Below, piece after piece: positions 5,533-13,865 of a DNA stretch of 24,085 nt. The stretch's first letter is position 1. Each line of letters opens with the position of its first letter. The stretch comes from Acidimicrobiales bacterium (GTDB lineage Bacteria; Actinomycetota; Acidimicrobiia; Acidimicrobiales; JANYDT01), in contig JANYHQ010000491.1 of NCBI GenBank assembly GCA_025358985.1, positions 1 to 24,085 of the forward strand. The letters are read 5' to 3'. Below the pieces are notes generated by a model. The model made no database searches, was not told where the DNA came from, and was given only the letters and a program-made list of their open reading frames with translations. The translations under genes and the position numbers were made by a program.

Positions 5533-6239
5533 ACACCCGGGTGTATAAATTTGAGTGGAGACTATAATGGGAAGGTCAACCTATTGTCGGCCGGACATTT
5601 CTGTAGGGGGACAGTAACCCGTCTTCCTGTCCGACCTGGTGACCGGGAGTGCTGTACGAAAACTGTGTTGGCCGGCGGTGCCGGCCGGTCAACCGGTTTT
5701 GGGGGCCGTAAACCGTTTCTCGAGAAACGGGTCCTTAAATGACTTGCCCCGAGAGGGGCAAGTTGGACGGCCGGAGACGGCCGTGTGGTAGTGCACTGTG
5801 TACTTTACTTTAATCGGGAATACTTTACTGTAATTAGGTGAACTTTCCGCCTGGCGGCTCCAAGTTCACCGTCTAGGGGGACGTCTCCGTCCGGAGACGG
5901 ACCTATTTCCCCCCCACCGGGATGCTCACTACTCCGGTCCCGCTAGGTTTAGCGTCTCAGCGTTCGACGTTTTTCTGTGTACTCCACCAGGCCACCAAGG
6001 CCTGGGTTGTGTAGGGCCGGTCGGTATCGCACCTGTGGGCTCGCCTACACTTGAACACACCGTCTGACGGCTGAACTCCCGGTGGTAAGCCGGTGGGAGG
6101 TTCACACTCCACACCTCGTGTCACGCTGAGGTTGCGCCCCTTGCGGGGTGGTTGAATTGTCCTACATAGACCCCCGGGAGCGCCCGAGCCTCGCCGTGCG
6201 GGGCTGGGACCCGGGCTCTGCTCCCGGGACCTATGTAGG
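5533..6239. other. Non-coding block packed with inverted repeats (candidate origin/packaging region or structured RNA)
   Basis: At least 11 palindromes or stems, e.g. 5533-5544, 5670-5686, 5713-5730, 5742-5763, 5767-5784, 5837-5870, 5889-5902, 6009-6050, 6072-6104, 6161-6239. No convincing ORF with an RBS. Confidence 0.6.
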
Positions 6240-6275
6240 GAATCATGCCATCTCTTCCGGAGGGCTCCTGTGTCA

Positions 6276-6282
6276 GGGGGTC
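6276..6282 (+). promoter_or_regulatory. GGGGGTC late-unit motif upstream of terminase
   Basis: GGGGGTC followed by TGTAGGAG and ATG 6291. The same motif precedes six other late units. Confidence 0.5.
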
Positions 6283-6290
6283 TGTAGGAG

Positions 6291-8168
6291 ATGCCTACCC
6301 GAAAGCCTGCCGCTGACAGGGCGCCCGACAAGTCGTGGGCGTCGAAGCCGAAAGAGAACCGTTTCCGGGAAGCGTTGAAACGGATCGACGCCGGTATGCC
6401 GGTGGCGACCGCTGCCCGTTCGATGGGCTTGTCCCGTTCCCAGGTGAACGTCCGGCTGAAAGTCGCTCGGGATGAGAGGGCGGCAGCCCAGGGGCGTGCC
6501 GCCGACAGTCTGGCCGGCAAGGCCAACTTGACGCAGAACCGGACGGCCGGGCCGCTCGACGACCAGAAGATGCGGGTGTTGCCGTTCGACGACTTCGACC
6601 AGAAGTATTTCGGGACGCTGGTCTGCCCGGATTGTGGCGTCCACCACGAGACCCCCGGGTTTCACACCGAGATCGCCGACGCAGTGCTCGACCCTGACAT
6701 CAAGCGTCTGCTCATCAACATCCCTCCGTACCACAGCAAGTCGGCACTGGTGACCGTCAAGTCGACGGTGTACGAGCTGGTCTGCAACCCGAACGGCCGG
6801 CACCTCATCGTCTCGGCTTCGCAAGACTTTGCGAAGGCCTTCCTCTATTCGATCAAACAGTGGCTGACCAACCCCGAACTGTACGAGGGTGCCGGCGGCA
6901 ACCTGATCGACGACTACGGCCCGTTCTTCAATGACACGTCGACCGACACGCAGACCAAGATGTACATCGCTGGGCGTATGAGCTCGGAGAAGGACCCGTC
7001 CGTTCTCGCTCTCGGCATCGGCAACCAGATCTACGGTCGGCGTGCCGACCGGATCATCTTCGACGACATTGCCACGCTGGAGAACCAGCGCAACCCCGAG
7101 ATGGTCATCAAGCAGATGGAGTGGATCGACAAGCAGGCGCTGAGCCGTATCGGCCGCACCGGCAAGGCGATCTGGGTCGGCACCCGCATCCGTCCCGGCG
7201 ACATCTACACCGGGCTGCAGGACCGCACCGGGTACAAGATCATCAAGTACCCGTGCATCCTCGACGAGGAAGCCGAGTCGACCCTCTGGCCGGACCATTT
7301 CCCGTACCCGGACGCCTCGCTGCGTCGAGCCGAGATGAGGCCGGAAGAGTGGCAGCTCGTCTACCAGAACGTTGACACGCCCGGGCTCGGCTCCTCCTTC
7401 CCGGCCGAAGTGATCGAAGAGTGCAAAGACCGGGAGCACGTCATCGGACAGGTTGACCCGGCATGGAAGCTGTTTGTCGGCATCGACCCGGCGGGCGGCG
7501 GGAAGCAGTCGGGCTTCACGGCGCTGATCCTGCTCGGCTGGGACCGTGACAAGCAGGAGCTCCACCTCGTCGACATGGTCAACGCCCGGGCGTTGAAGGC
7601 CTACCAGTTGAAAGACCAGATCCTCGACTGGGCGGCGTCGTACAACCTGACGGAGATCCGGGTCGAGTCGAACGGTGTCCAGTCGCAGCTCGTCCAGTAC
7701 AACCAGGAGCTGATCAACCCGTTGACACAGCGGGGGATCAGGGTCGTGTCGCATCACACTCACTCGAACAAGTGGGACGCCCAGTTCGGTGTCGAGGCGA
7801 TCGCCCCGTGGTTCTACAACCAGAAGGTCTTCCTGCCGTGGGGGAACGCCGACTCGCAGAGGCGGGTCCAGACGTTGATCGAGCAGTTGGCCGGCTTCCC
7901 GATGGCGGAACGCTCCGACCTGGTGATGGCGTTCTGGTTCGCCTGGCTCGGCATTAAAGAATCGCAGGCCCGTCAGCCCGGGCCGATGTACGAGAACCGG
8001 AAGATGCCGGCCTTCGTCCGCAATCGGCGCCGCATCGCCGACATGCGCACCGGCAAGCTGTGGTCCCCGACCGACCCGAGCCGACCAGACTTCGGTCGCA
8101 TCGACGACACTCGACCGAGGAACGTCGCCAGGTTGGTGAACGTCCCGGGCCAGGTGAACACCTGGTGA
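6291..8168 (+). CDS. terL: Terminase large subunit with N-terminal HTH (625 aa)
   Basis: Walker A-like INIPPYHSKS, Walker B RADRIIFDD, coupling motif WVGTR, RNase H-like nuclease FVGIDPAGGG ... SDLVMAFWF. N-terminal HTH-like MPVATAARSMGLSRSQVNVRLK. Confidence 0.93.
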   Translation: MPTRKPAADRAPDKSWASKPKENRFREALKRIDAGMPVATAARSMGLSRSQVNVRLKVARDERAAAQGRAADSLAGKANLTQNRTAGPLDDQKMRVLPFDDFDQKYFGTLVCPDCGVHHETPGFHTEIADAVLDPDIKRLLINIPPYHSKSALVTVKSTVYELVCNPNGRHLIVSASQDFAKAFLYSIKQWLTNPELYEGAGGNLIDDYGPFFNDTSTDTQTKMYIAGRMSSEKDPSVLALGIGNQIYGRRADRIIFDDIATLENQRNPEMVIKQMEWIDKQALSRIGRTGKAIWVGTRIRPGDIYTGLQDRTGYKIIKYPCILDEEAESTLWPDHFPYPDASLRRAEMRPEEWQLVYQNVDTPGLGSSFPAEVIEECKDREHVIGQVDPAWKLFVGIDPAGGGKQSGFTALILLGWDRDKQELHLVDMVNARALKAYQLKDQILDWAASYNLTEIRVESNGVQSQLVQYNQELINPLTQRGIRVVSHHTHSNKWDAQFGVEAIAPWFYNQKVFLPWGNADSQRRVQTLIEQLAGFPMAERSDLVMAFWFAWLGIKESQARQPGPMYENRKMPAFVRNRRRIADMRTGKLWSPTDPSRPDFGRIDDTRPRNVARLVNVPGQVNTW

Positions 8169-8172
8169 CCCT

Positions 8173-8179
8173 GGGGGTC
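8173..8179 (+). promoter_or_regulatory. GGGGGTC late-unit motif
   Basis: TGACCCT-GGGGGTC-CCTTTGT-ATG(8187). Confidence 0.5.
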
Positions 8180-8186
8180 CCTTTGT

Positions 8187-8417
8187 ATGGTCTTCACTTC
8201 ACACGCAGAGGCGAAGGCGGCTGCCGAGGCTGCCGACTGCTCTTTCATCGGTTTCGGTCCTGAGGCCGGCAAGTTCACCGGCTACGTGCTGGTCGACGCT
8301 GACGCCGACCCGATCGCCTGCCGCAACGTGGCTTTCGAGGCCATGCGGGGACGCCCCATCGATCGCCGAGAGGAACTCCTCGTGAGCCTCGTGGAGGCCC
8401 GCAGTGCTGAACACTGA
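8187..8417 (+). CDS. Hypothetical protein (76 aa) between terminase and portal
   Basis: Fills the intergenic gap, follows the motif and overlaps the portal start. Confidence 0.7.
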   Translation: MVFTSHAEAKAAAEAADCSFIGFGPEAGKFTGYVLVDADADPIACRNVAFEAMRGRPIDRREELLVSLVEARSAEH

Positions 8418-10179
8418 CGATCTGCCGGCGATCTACGCCGCCTTCCGCACACGCTGGAAGAACCGGGACAACCGAATGTTGATCATGCAAGACGTGGTGA
8501 AAGGGACGGTCCTGTCGACGATTCCCGACGACACCGACCTCCAGAGCACGTCGCCGAACCTGATCCAGGTCGCCCTGGAAGACACCGCCGAGTCGGCGGC
8601 GATCATGCCGTCGTTCCGGGTGATCCCCCCGACACAGGATGGCGCCTCGAAGAAGATCGCCGAGAAGATGGAGAAGATCCTGCTCGGCTACATGGACCGT
8701 GCCGGCGGGGAACTCTTCCTCGTCCGTAGCTTCCTGGAGCTCGCCGCCTACGGCTTCTTCGCCCCGGCCGCCTTCATGGACACCGAGGTCGGCAACCCTC
8801 GCCTCGATCTTCGGCCGGCGGTCGGGTGCTACCCGGAACCCGACTGGAAGCCTGGCATGGCGGTCCGCAAGTGCCTGTTCGCCCGCTCGATCTTCTTCTC
8901 GCAGCTCCCCCCAGAGTACCAGGCGATGGCCAAACCGTGGGCGGCCTCTCGGGATTCGGCGATCGTCAACAACCAGCGCCACGTCATCCTGATCGAATAC
9001 TTCGACGAAGACGAACAGGTCATCGCCCTGTTGAGCACGTCGGCCTACGGGTCGGCGCTCAACATGCGAGCCGAAGGCCTGCCGATGATCCTGGAGCGCT
9101 TCCAGCACGACTACAAGATGTGCCAGGTCACCGTCGGCCAGCGCCCAACGCTGGACGGCGAACCCCGAGGCCAGTTCGATCAGGTCGTCGCCCCGATGGA
9201 GGCCCACTCCCGTCTGATGGCAATGGCCATCGACTACGCCGACCAGAGCGTCTATTCGGACATCTGGGTGAAAGAGCCGATGGGCGAGATCCCGTTCGGT
9301 GGTGGCGGCATCATCCAGCTCGGCCCGAACGGTGCCATCGGTCGTGTGCCGCCGGCCGTGTCCAGCCTGTCGCTGTTCCAAGAGCTCGACCAGTTGATGA
9401 ACACGATCCACCTCGGTGGCCGCTGGCCGAAGTCCCGCCCCGGCGAGATCGATCAGGCGATCGCTTCGGCGAAGTTCTTGGAGACCTCGGTCGGCGTGAT
9501 GAACACCGCCCTTCGGACGTACCACTTCATCATGAAGTACGCTCTGGAGCGCATTCTGCTCGTCATGCTGAAGATGGACAAGGAGCACGGCAGCCCCACC
9601 TCGGTCGCTCGTGGCGTGCTGCGCAACCAGGAGTTCGTCGAAGAGTACGACCCGTCGGTCGACATCGACCTGTCTTACAAGGTGAGGATCGAGTATGGCC
9701 TCGGGCTCGGGCGTGACCCGAGCCAATCCGCCGTTCTTCACATCCAGTACGCCCAGGCCGGGATGATCTCGAAAGAGTTCGTCCAAGAGTCGATTGAGGG
9801 CGTCTCCGATGTCGAGCGGGAACGGCGTCGCATCGACGTCGAGAAGCTGACCGACATGATGTTCGGCAAGCTGATGCAAGGCGTACAGCAGGGCACCGTG
9901 TCCGATTCTGCCCTCGTCGAGATTGCGGCCGCTCGCCAGCAGGGCGACCAGATGTTCGACATCTTCAAGAAGTACATCGTCGACCCGCAGACGAAAGCCC
10001 AAGCCACAGGGATCACGTCTGGGATCGATGGGTCACTGCAGCAGCCGGGCGGCCCCCCGGCCGCTGACGTGCCCGGACTGACCCCGCCACCTCCGCCGAG
10101 CATGGTGCAAGGCATGGCGAGCATGAGCATCCCGACGGGCGGGCGAGGCAACTTCATCGGCACCCGGACAGGAGGCTGA
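8404..10179 (+). CDS. Portal (head-tail connector) protein (591 aa)
   Basis: Position after TerL, size, GGAGG RBS with GTG start. The LDGEPRGQFDQVV segment and helical C-half resemble actinophage podovirus-type portals. Pro-rich C-terminal tail. Confidence 0.8.
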   Translation: MLNTDDLPAIYAAFRTRWKNRDNRMLIMQDVVKGTVLSTIPDDTDLQSTSPNLIQVALEDTAESAAIMPSFRVIPPTQDGASKKIAEKMEKILLGYMDRAGGELFLVRSFLELAAYGFFAPAAFMDTEVGNPRLDLRPAVGCYPEPDWKPGMAVRKCLFARSIFFSQLPPEYQAMAKPWAASRDSAIVNNQRHVILIEYFDEDEQVIALLSTSAYGSALNMRAEGLPMILERFQHDYKMCQVTVGQRPTLDGEPRGQFDQVVAPMEAHSRLMAMAIDYADQSVYSDIWVKEPMGEIPFGGGGIIQLGPNGAIGRVPPAVSSLSLFQELDQLMNTIHLGGRWPKSRPGEIDQAIASAKFLETSVGVMNTALRTYHFIMKYALERILLVMLKMDKEHGSPTSVARGVLRNQEFVEEYDPSVDIDLSYKVRIEYGLGLGRDPSQSAVLHIQYAQAGMISKEFVQESIEGVSDVERERRRIDVEKLTDMMFGKLMQGVQQGTVSDSALVEIAAARQQGDQMFDIFKKYIVDPQTKAQATGITSGIDGSLQQPGGPPAADVPGLTPPPPPSMVQGMASMSIPTGGRGNFIGTRTGG

Positions 10180-10180
10180 C

Positions 10181-10603
10181 ATGGCTGATATCCCGGATAT
10201 CACTCAACTTCCGGGTTCTGGCTCGGTGAGCAAGCCGGATTCTGGCACCTATGGTGACGTGACCGCCCTCCAGGACCTGAAGAAGGGGACGGGCCTCGGT
10301 GAGGCCCCGCCAGGGCCTCCCGGCCCGGACGTGTCGACAATGCCGGGCAGTGCCCAGATCAAGCCGTCGAGCGGCCCGTTCGGGCTCCCTTCGGCGATCA
10401 CCGCACCGACGCAGCAGCCGGACACGCCGGTCGGCACGCCCCTGGCGGCAGCCCCGGTGAACCCGGTCGCTCAAGCCGGCGCCCCGAACCAGCAGCGCCT
10501 GGCGTTCCTCGACATGCTGGCCCGCAACCCCGACGTGTCGGACACGACCCGTGAGTGGGCGCAGACGGTGATGGCCAAGCTGATCCAAGCGACGAGGCAA
10601 TGA
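10181..10603 (+). CDS. Pro/Gly-rich portal-adjacent virion protein (140 aa)
   Basis: AGGAGG RBS. N-terminal GTYGDVTALQDL motif, low-complexity middle, helical C-terminus. Coupled to the next gene by ATGA. Confidence 0.75.
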   Translation: MADIPDITQLPGSGSVSKPDSGTYGDVTALQDLKKGTGLGEAPPGPPGPDVSTMPGSAQIKPSSGPFGLPSAITAPTQQPDTPVGTPLAAAPVNPVAQAGAPNQQRLAFLDMLARNPDVSDTTREWAQTVMAKLIQATRQ

Positions 10604-13494
10604 CCGACATCCCGGCCCAGATCCCGCAGCAACAATCGGAGGTGAGTCTCGCCGACGGTGCTGCCGCCCTGCCGCCGATCGTCTCGTCGCCGCCCGAGGA
10701 GCCATCGCAGCCGTTTCTGACCAGTCCGGTCCCGGTCCCGCAGGGGCAGGTGTCCAACGTCGAGCAGGCCACGCCTGCCGACTGGCATCCGAACGACCCG
10801 GTTCGGCGAGGCATCGCCGCCGGTCATATCGGCGTCTACGCCAGCAAGCAGCCCGGCGGGCTTGCCGATGCAAAGCAGCACTGGGACACGTTCGGCAAGA
10901 TCGCTGACGGCGGGATGATCCCGAGCACGGGCGACACCGCCGAGACCATGCGGATCTGGAAGAAGTTCAAGGCGAACCCGGAGAGGTTGAAGCCCGACGA
11001 GTCGGCTGCCCTTCTCAATGCGGTGAGCCAGGTCGGCGCAGCCACGGCAGGCTCACCCGATCTGCAGTTCGACCCGGTTGCCCGGGTGAGATCGGTCGGT
11101 GCCGGGGGTGAAGTCAAGGTCGCCTATCCCGCAACGACTCATGTCAGGGACCTGGCGCTTCAACCCCTGGCACCCTCCGGCGTCGAGCGGATGCGGACGC
11201 TGGCACACCTCGGCGATGGTGCCACGAAAGACGTCCCCCCTCAGGATCTCCTGGCCCCTTTCCTCGGGCTCGACACGAACCATTCGACACCCGACGTCGC
11301 CAAGTTGAACGAGGTCGTGGCCGGTCTGGCCAACGAACTCGGTAGCGAGCCGCAGCGGGTCCGTGCTCAGATCGCTGCCGGCTGGCAGCGGCTTCGCACC
11401 CCGACACAACCGTGGGAACGCCCGTTCGCCGTTCGTGCCGGCGGGGTGAACCCGGCCGAGGAGGCCCTCACCGACGGGCTTTCGATGAACCTGGTCAACG
11501 CCATGAAGGGAGGGGTGAATGTCCTCGACTTCACGACGGAGGGTGAGCCGGCCATTTCCGTCCAGCCGGGCGGTGGCCTGGCCGTGTCGGCGCCACCGTC
11601 GGAACGCAACGCCCGACTCCTCCGGCACCTGTACCCCGCCTTCTCGAAGGGCGGGATCACCGCATGGCTTCCCGGCGCCCCCGCCTCAACCGAGAACGCA
11701 TCGAAGTTGCCCGGTGCCGTCTACAACGACTTCTTCCTCCGGGCCTCCGGCGGCCATCCGCTGTTCAAGCCCGGAACCCACATCGTCTACGATGCCTCCG
11801 ACCCGAAGCAACCCGGACAGGATCTCGGGCCGGTCCTGACACAGGGACCGGCACTGAACATGGACCGGCTCAAGTCCGCCGAGATCGACCCGGGCAAGCT
11901 ACCCGACCTCATCAAGTCGAACGCCTGGGCACTGATCCCGGGCGACAACTCGACGAAGGCCTCGCTCATCAGGAGCGGGTACAACCCGATTACCCACAAA
12001 GTGAGTGAATCTACTCACTTTGTGGTATTCGGGATCACGCCCGAACAGGCCCGGGCGCACACTGCCGGCGAGATCGTGACCAACGCTGGGACGTACTCGA
12101 AGGACGGGTTCAGGCCCGGTGACGGGCCGACGTTCGAAAAGGCCGACGACGGCCAACAGTCGGTGACCCGCCTTGCCGGTGGCGACGTTCACTGGCATCT
12201 CGGCGGGGTCGATCGTTCGGCCGAGGCTGAGGCACCCCCGACGACCGAGGTGACCACGACCCGGGCGCAGCGCCGGGCCGTGGAGGTGACCGGAGACCTG
12301 CAGTCGACGATCTCCGACCTGGAGAACCAGGGCGCCCAGAACCTCCACGTCTACGCTCACCGCAACCAGCTCGACGGGTTCCACACCGCCTGGGAGCACG
12401 TCTACACCGACGGGACGAACACGACCGGCGTTCTGGCCAAGAAGGCCTCAGAGGCCGCTCACGCCGGCCCGGTGTTCGTTCGCAGCACCGACGGACTCCC
12501 CGACACCGTGACGCCCCCGCAGACGGCTCGGCGTGGCACGTCCGGGTACATAATGAACGGCGTCCAGGTGATCACGACGGACAACATCAAGAAGCTGACC
12601 GACCTGAAGGCCGGCGGCCTCCGCCTCGACGGCAGCGCCATCGTTCCGGTCGACCAGGGCGGTGACGTGTCGTTGAGTGGCGGCAAGATCGTCGTGCACG
12701 ACCCGACGCCGGCTGCCGCCCGGCTGATTGCCACCGCCAAGGCAACCGGGCTTCCCGACTCCCAATTTCACGCGCCGAGCGCTGGACGTTTGACGCCGAA
12801 CACCCCGGCCTCGATGGTGACAATCTCGGGGGACCGTGTCCAGCCGCTGCGACAGACCCGGCCGAGCCCCGACTGGGCGAGCCGGTTCGGGATCGTGTTC
12901 GACCCGGCGTGGCGGACACAGGACGGTGTGCAAGAGCTCGACCCGAAGTTGTCCGCCCATCTGGCCAACGTGTACGACGCCTTCCAGTCACAGCACCAGG
13001 CTGCGACCAGCCTGTGGGATCTCCAACGGATCGCCGTGACTGGTGGTTACTCGAAGACGCCCGCCTACACCGAGTGGGGCGGGCTTGGTGGTGGCATCGG
13101 TCTGTCGGCGAAGCACTGGCAGGACCCCGGCGCCCTCACTGACCACGTTGCACGGTTGCAGGACAATGGAACGATTGTTCCAAATATCATACCAACTCCG
13201 GCCTATTTCGTTACACATGAGCTCGGGCACGTCGTCCACGGTGCCTTGCAGTTCGGAACCGATGGCTCCGGGGCTCGTAAAGAACTGTTGGCGATCAGGA
13301 GTTCGTTGGGAAAGGACGGGATCACACGGGGCCTCTCGGCCCAGGCCTGGGCCTCCCCCGAGGAGATGGTCGCCGAGGCGGTCGCCGAAGGCGTGCTGGC
13401 GAGCAACCCTCGCCCGCTGGCCAGGGAAATCTTGAACACCGTTCAAGCGGCGTACACTCGTGTTGCTGATGCCCGAACGAAGACGGAGTGGTGA
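10600..13494 (+). CDS. Large probable virion protein with C-terminal zincin metallopeptidase domain (964 aa)
   Basis: ATG 10600 overlaps the upstream stop. HELGH (HExxH, 13216-13230) plus downstream EEMVAEAVAE form a gluzincin-like arrangement. Confidence 0.75.
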   Translation: MTDIPAQIPQQQSEVSLADGAAALPPIVSSPPEEPSQPFLTSPVPVPQGQVSNVEQATPADWHPNDPVRRGIAAGHIGVYASKQPGGLADAKQHWDTFGKIADGGMIPSTGDTAETMRIWKKFKANPERLKPDESAALLNAVSQVGAATAGSPDLQFDPVARVRSVGAGGEVKVAYPATTHVRDLALQPLAPSGVERMRTLAHLGDGATKDVPPQDLLAPFLGLDTNHSTPDVAKLNEVVAGLANELGSEPQRVRAQIAAGWQRLRTPTQPWERPFAVRAGGVNPAEEALTDGLSMNLVNAMKGGVNVLDFTTEGEPAISVQPGGGLAVSAPPSERNARLLRHLYPAFSKGGITAWLPGAPASTENASKLPGAVYNDFFLRASGGHPLFKPGTHIVYDASDPKQPGQDLGPVLTQGPALNMDRLKSAEIDPGKLPDLIKSNAWALIPGDNSTKASLIRSGYNPITHKVSESTHFVVFGITPEQARAHTAGEIVTNAGTYSKDGFRPGDGPTFEKADDGQQSVTRLAGGDVHWHLGGVDRSAEAEAPPTTEVTTTRAQRRAVEVTGDLQSTISDLENQGAQNLHVYAHRNQLDGFHTAWEHVYTDGTNTTGVLAKKASEAAHAGPVFVRSTDGLPDTVTPPQTARRGTSGYIMNGVQVITTDNIKKLTDLKAGGLRLDGSAIVPVDQGGDVSLSGGKIVVHDPTPAAARLIATAKATGLPDSQFHAPSAGRLTPNTPASMVTISGDRVQPLRQTRPSPDWASRFGIVFDPAWRTQDGVQELDPKLSAHLANVYDAFQSQHQAATSLWDLQRIAVTGGYSKTPAYTEWGGLGGGIGLSAKHWQDPGALTDHVARLQDNGTIVPNIIPTPAYFVTHELGHVVHGALQFGTDGSGARKELLAIRSSLGKDGITRGLSAQAWASPEEMVAEAVAEGVLASNPRPLAREILNTVQAAYTRVADARTKTEW

Positions 13495-13598
13495 TGTGTT
13501 GGAAGTGCTTCCTCCGGCAGTACCCGCTCGGCGAGTACGCCTTCCCGGTCGCCCTCCCGGCACCGCCGAAGCCGAAGGAGAAGCCACGTGATCGCTGA
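13494..13598 (+). CDS. Small CxxC peptide (34 aa; not in ORF track)
   Basis: TGATG overlap with the zincin gene, GGAG RBS. MCWKCFLRQYPLGEYAFPVALPAPPKPKEKPRDR. Confidence 0.45.
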   Translation: MCWKCFLRQYPLGEYAFPVALPAPPKPKEKPRDR

Positions 13599-13761
13599 AG
13601 CCCCGTGCAACACCTGCAAGTGGGCGTCGCTGGCAGCCGACGGCTCGGCCGCAACATGCGACGCCTTCCCGAAAGGTATCCCTCAGATGTTTCTCCGTGG
13701 CGAAAACGACCACTCGAAGCCCGTGCCGGGCGACGGCGGGATCACGTACCAGCCCGCTTGA
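13588..13761 (+). CDS. Small Cys3-His protein, candidate immunity/partner of the zincin domain (57 aa; not in ORF track)
   Basis: GAAGGAGA RBS, GTG start. MIAEAPCNTCKWASLAADGSAATCDAFPKGIPQMFLRGENDHSKPVPGDGGITYQPA fits a CxxC...C.AFP.GIP.....G..DH..P.PGD.GI pattern I recall from proteins downstream of phage zincin/MuF-type genes. Confidence 0.75.
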   Translation: MIAEAPCNTCKWASLAADGSAATCDAFPKGIPQMFLRGENDHSKPVPGDGGITYQPA

Positions 13762-13765
13762 CCTT

Positions 13766-13772
13766 GGGGGTC
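13766..13772 (+). promoter_or_regulatory. GGGGGTC late-unit motif upstream of tRNA
   Basis: TGACCTT-GGGGGTC-CATAT, then tRNA base 1 at 13778. Confidence 0.55.
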
Positions 13773-13777
13773 CATAT

Positions 13778-13850
13778 AGCGCAGTGGAGCAGTGGTCAGC
13801 TCGGCGGGCTCATAACCCGTAGGTCCCCGGTTCGAATCCGGGTTGCGCCA
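13778..13850 (+). tRNA. tRNA-fMet (initiator, anticodon CAT)
   Basis: Full cloverleaf: acceptor AGCGCAG/TTGCGCC with a 1:72 mismatch, D-stem GAGC/GCTC (A11:U24), anticodon arm GCGGG-CTCATAA-CCCGT (three consecutive G-C pairs), T-arm CCCGG-TTCGAAT-CCGGG, discriminator A. The 3' end reads CCG, so CCA is not fully encoded. Confidence 0.95.
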
Positions 13851-13858
13851 CCGGACGT

Positions 13859-13865
13859 GGGGGTC
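13859..13865 (+). promoter_or_regulatory. GGGGGTC late-unit motif
   Basis: GGGGGTC-TACATAC-ATG(13873). Confidence 0.5.

Noticed and set aside
5544-5568. TATAAT at 5563-5568 (and TATAAA at 5544) as a rightward promoter
   Set aside because: No -35 or extended -10 at proper spacing and no adjacent gene. It cannot be excluded as the promoter of a non-coding RNA.
5471-5693. GGTCAAC three times (5471, 5574, 5687), i.e. TTGACC -35-like boxes on the minus strand
   Set aside because: No -10 element at 16-18 bp from any of them, and the heptamer is common throughout the coding sequence.
5512-6378. ORFs in the non-coding block (5512-5742, 5929-6114, 6148-6378)
   Set aside because: No RBS, no phage-typical codon bias, and they overlap dense hairpins.
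13169-13180. GAAC-GATT-GTTC resembling a Gram-positive LexA (SOS) box
   Set aside because: It is intragenic, its flanks (TG/CA) do not match actinobacterial TCGAAC-N4-GTTCGA, and an 8-bp core is plausible by chance in 24 kb.
10600-13494. Calling the 964-aa protein a MuF/minor head protein, or assigning a DUF3293-like domain near 11920-12100
   Set aside because: No MuF Cys/His signature was found. The DUF3293 resemblance (WALIPGDN...FVVFGITPEQA) is too degenerate to support without a profile search.
13778-13850. tRNA as an integration (attP/attL) remnant marking a prophage boundary
   Set aside because: It is a complete tRNA flanked on both sides by phage virion genes, and no integrase or duplicated tRNA 3' end is present in the window.
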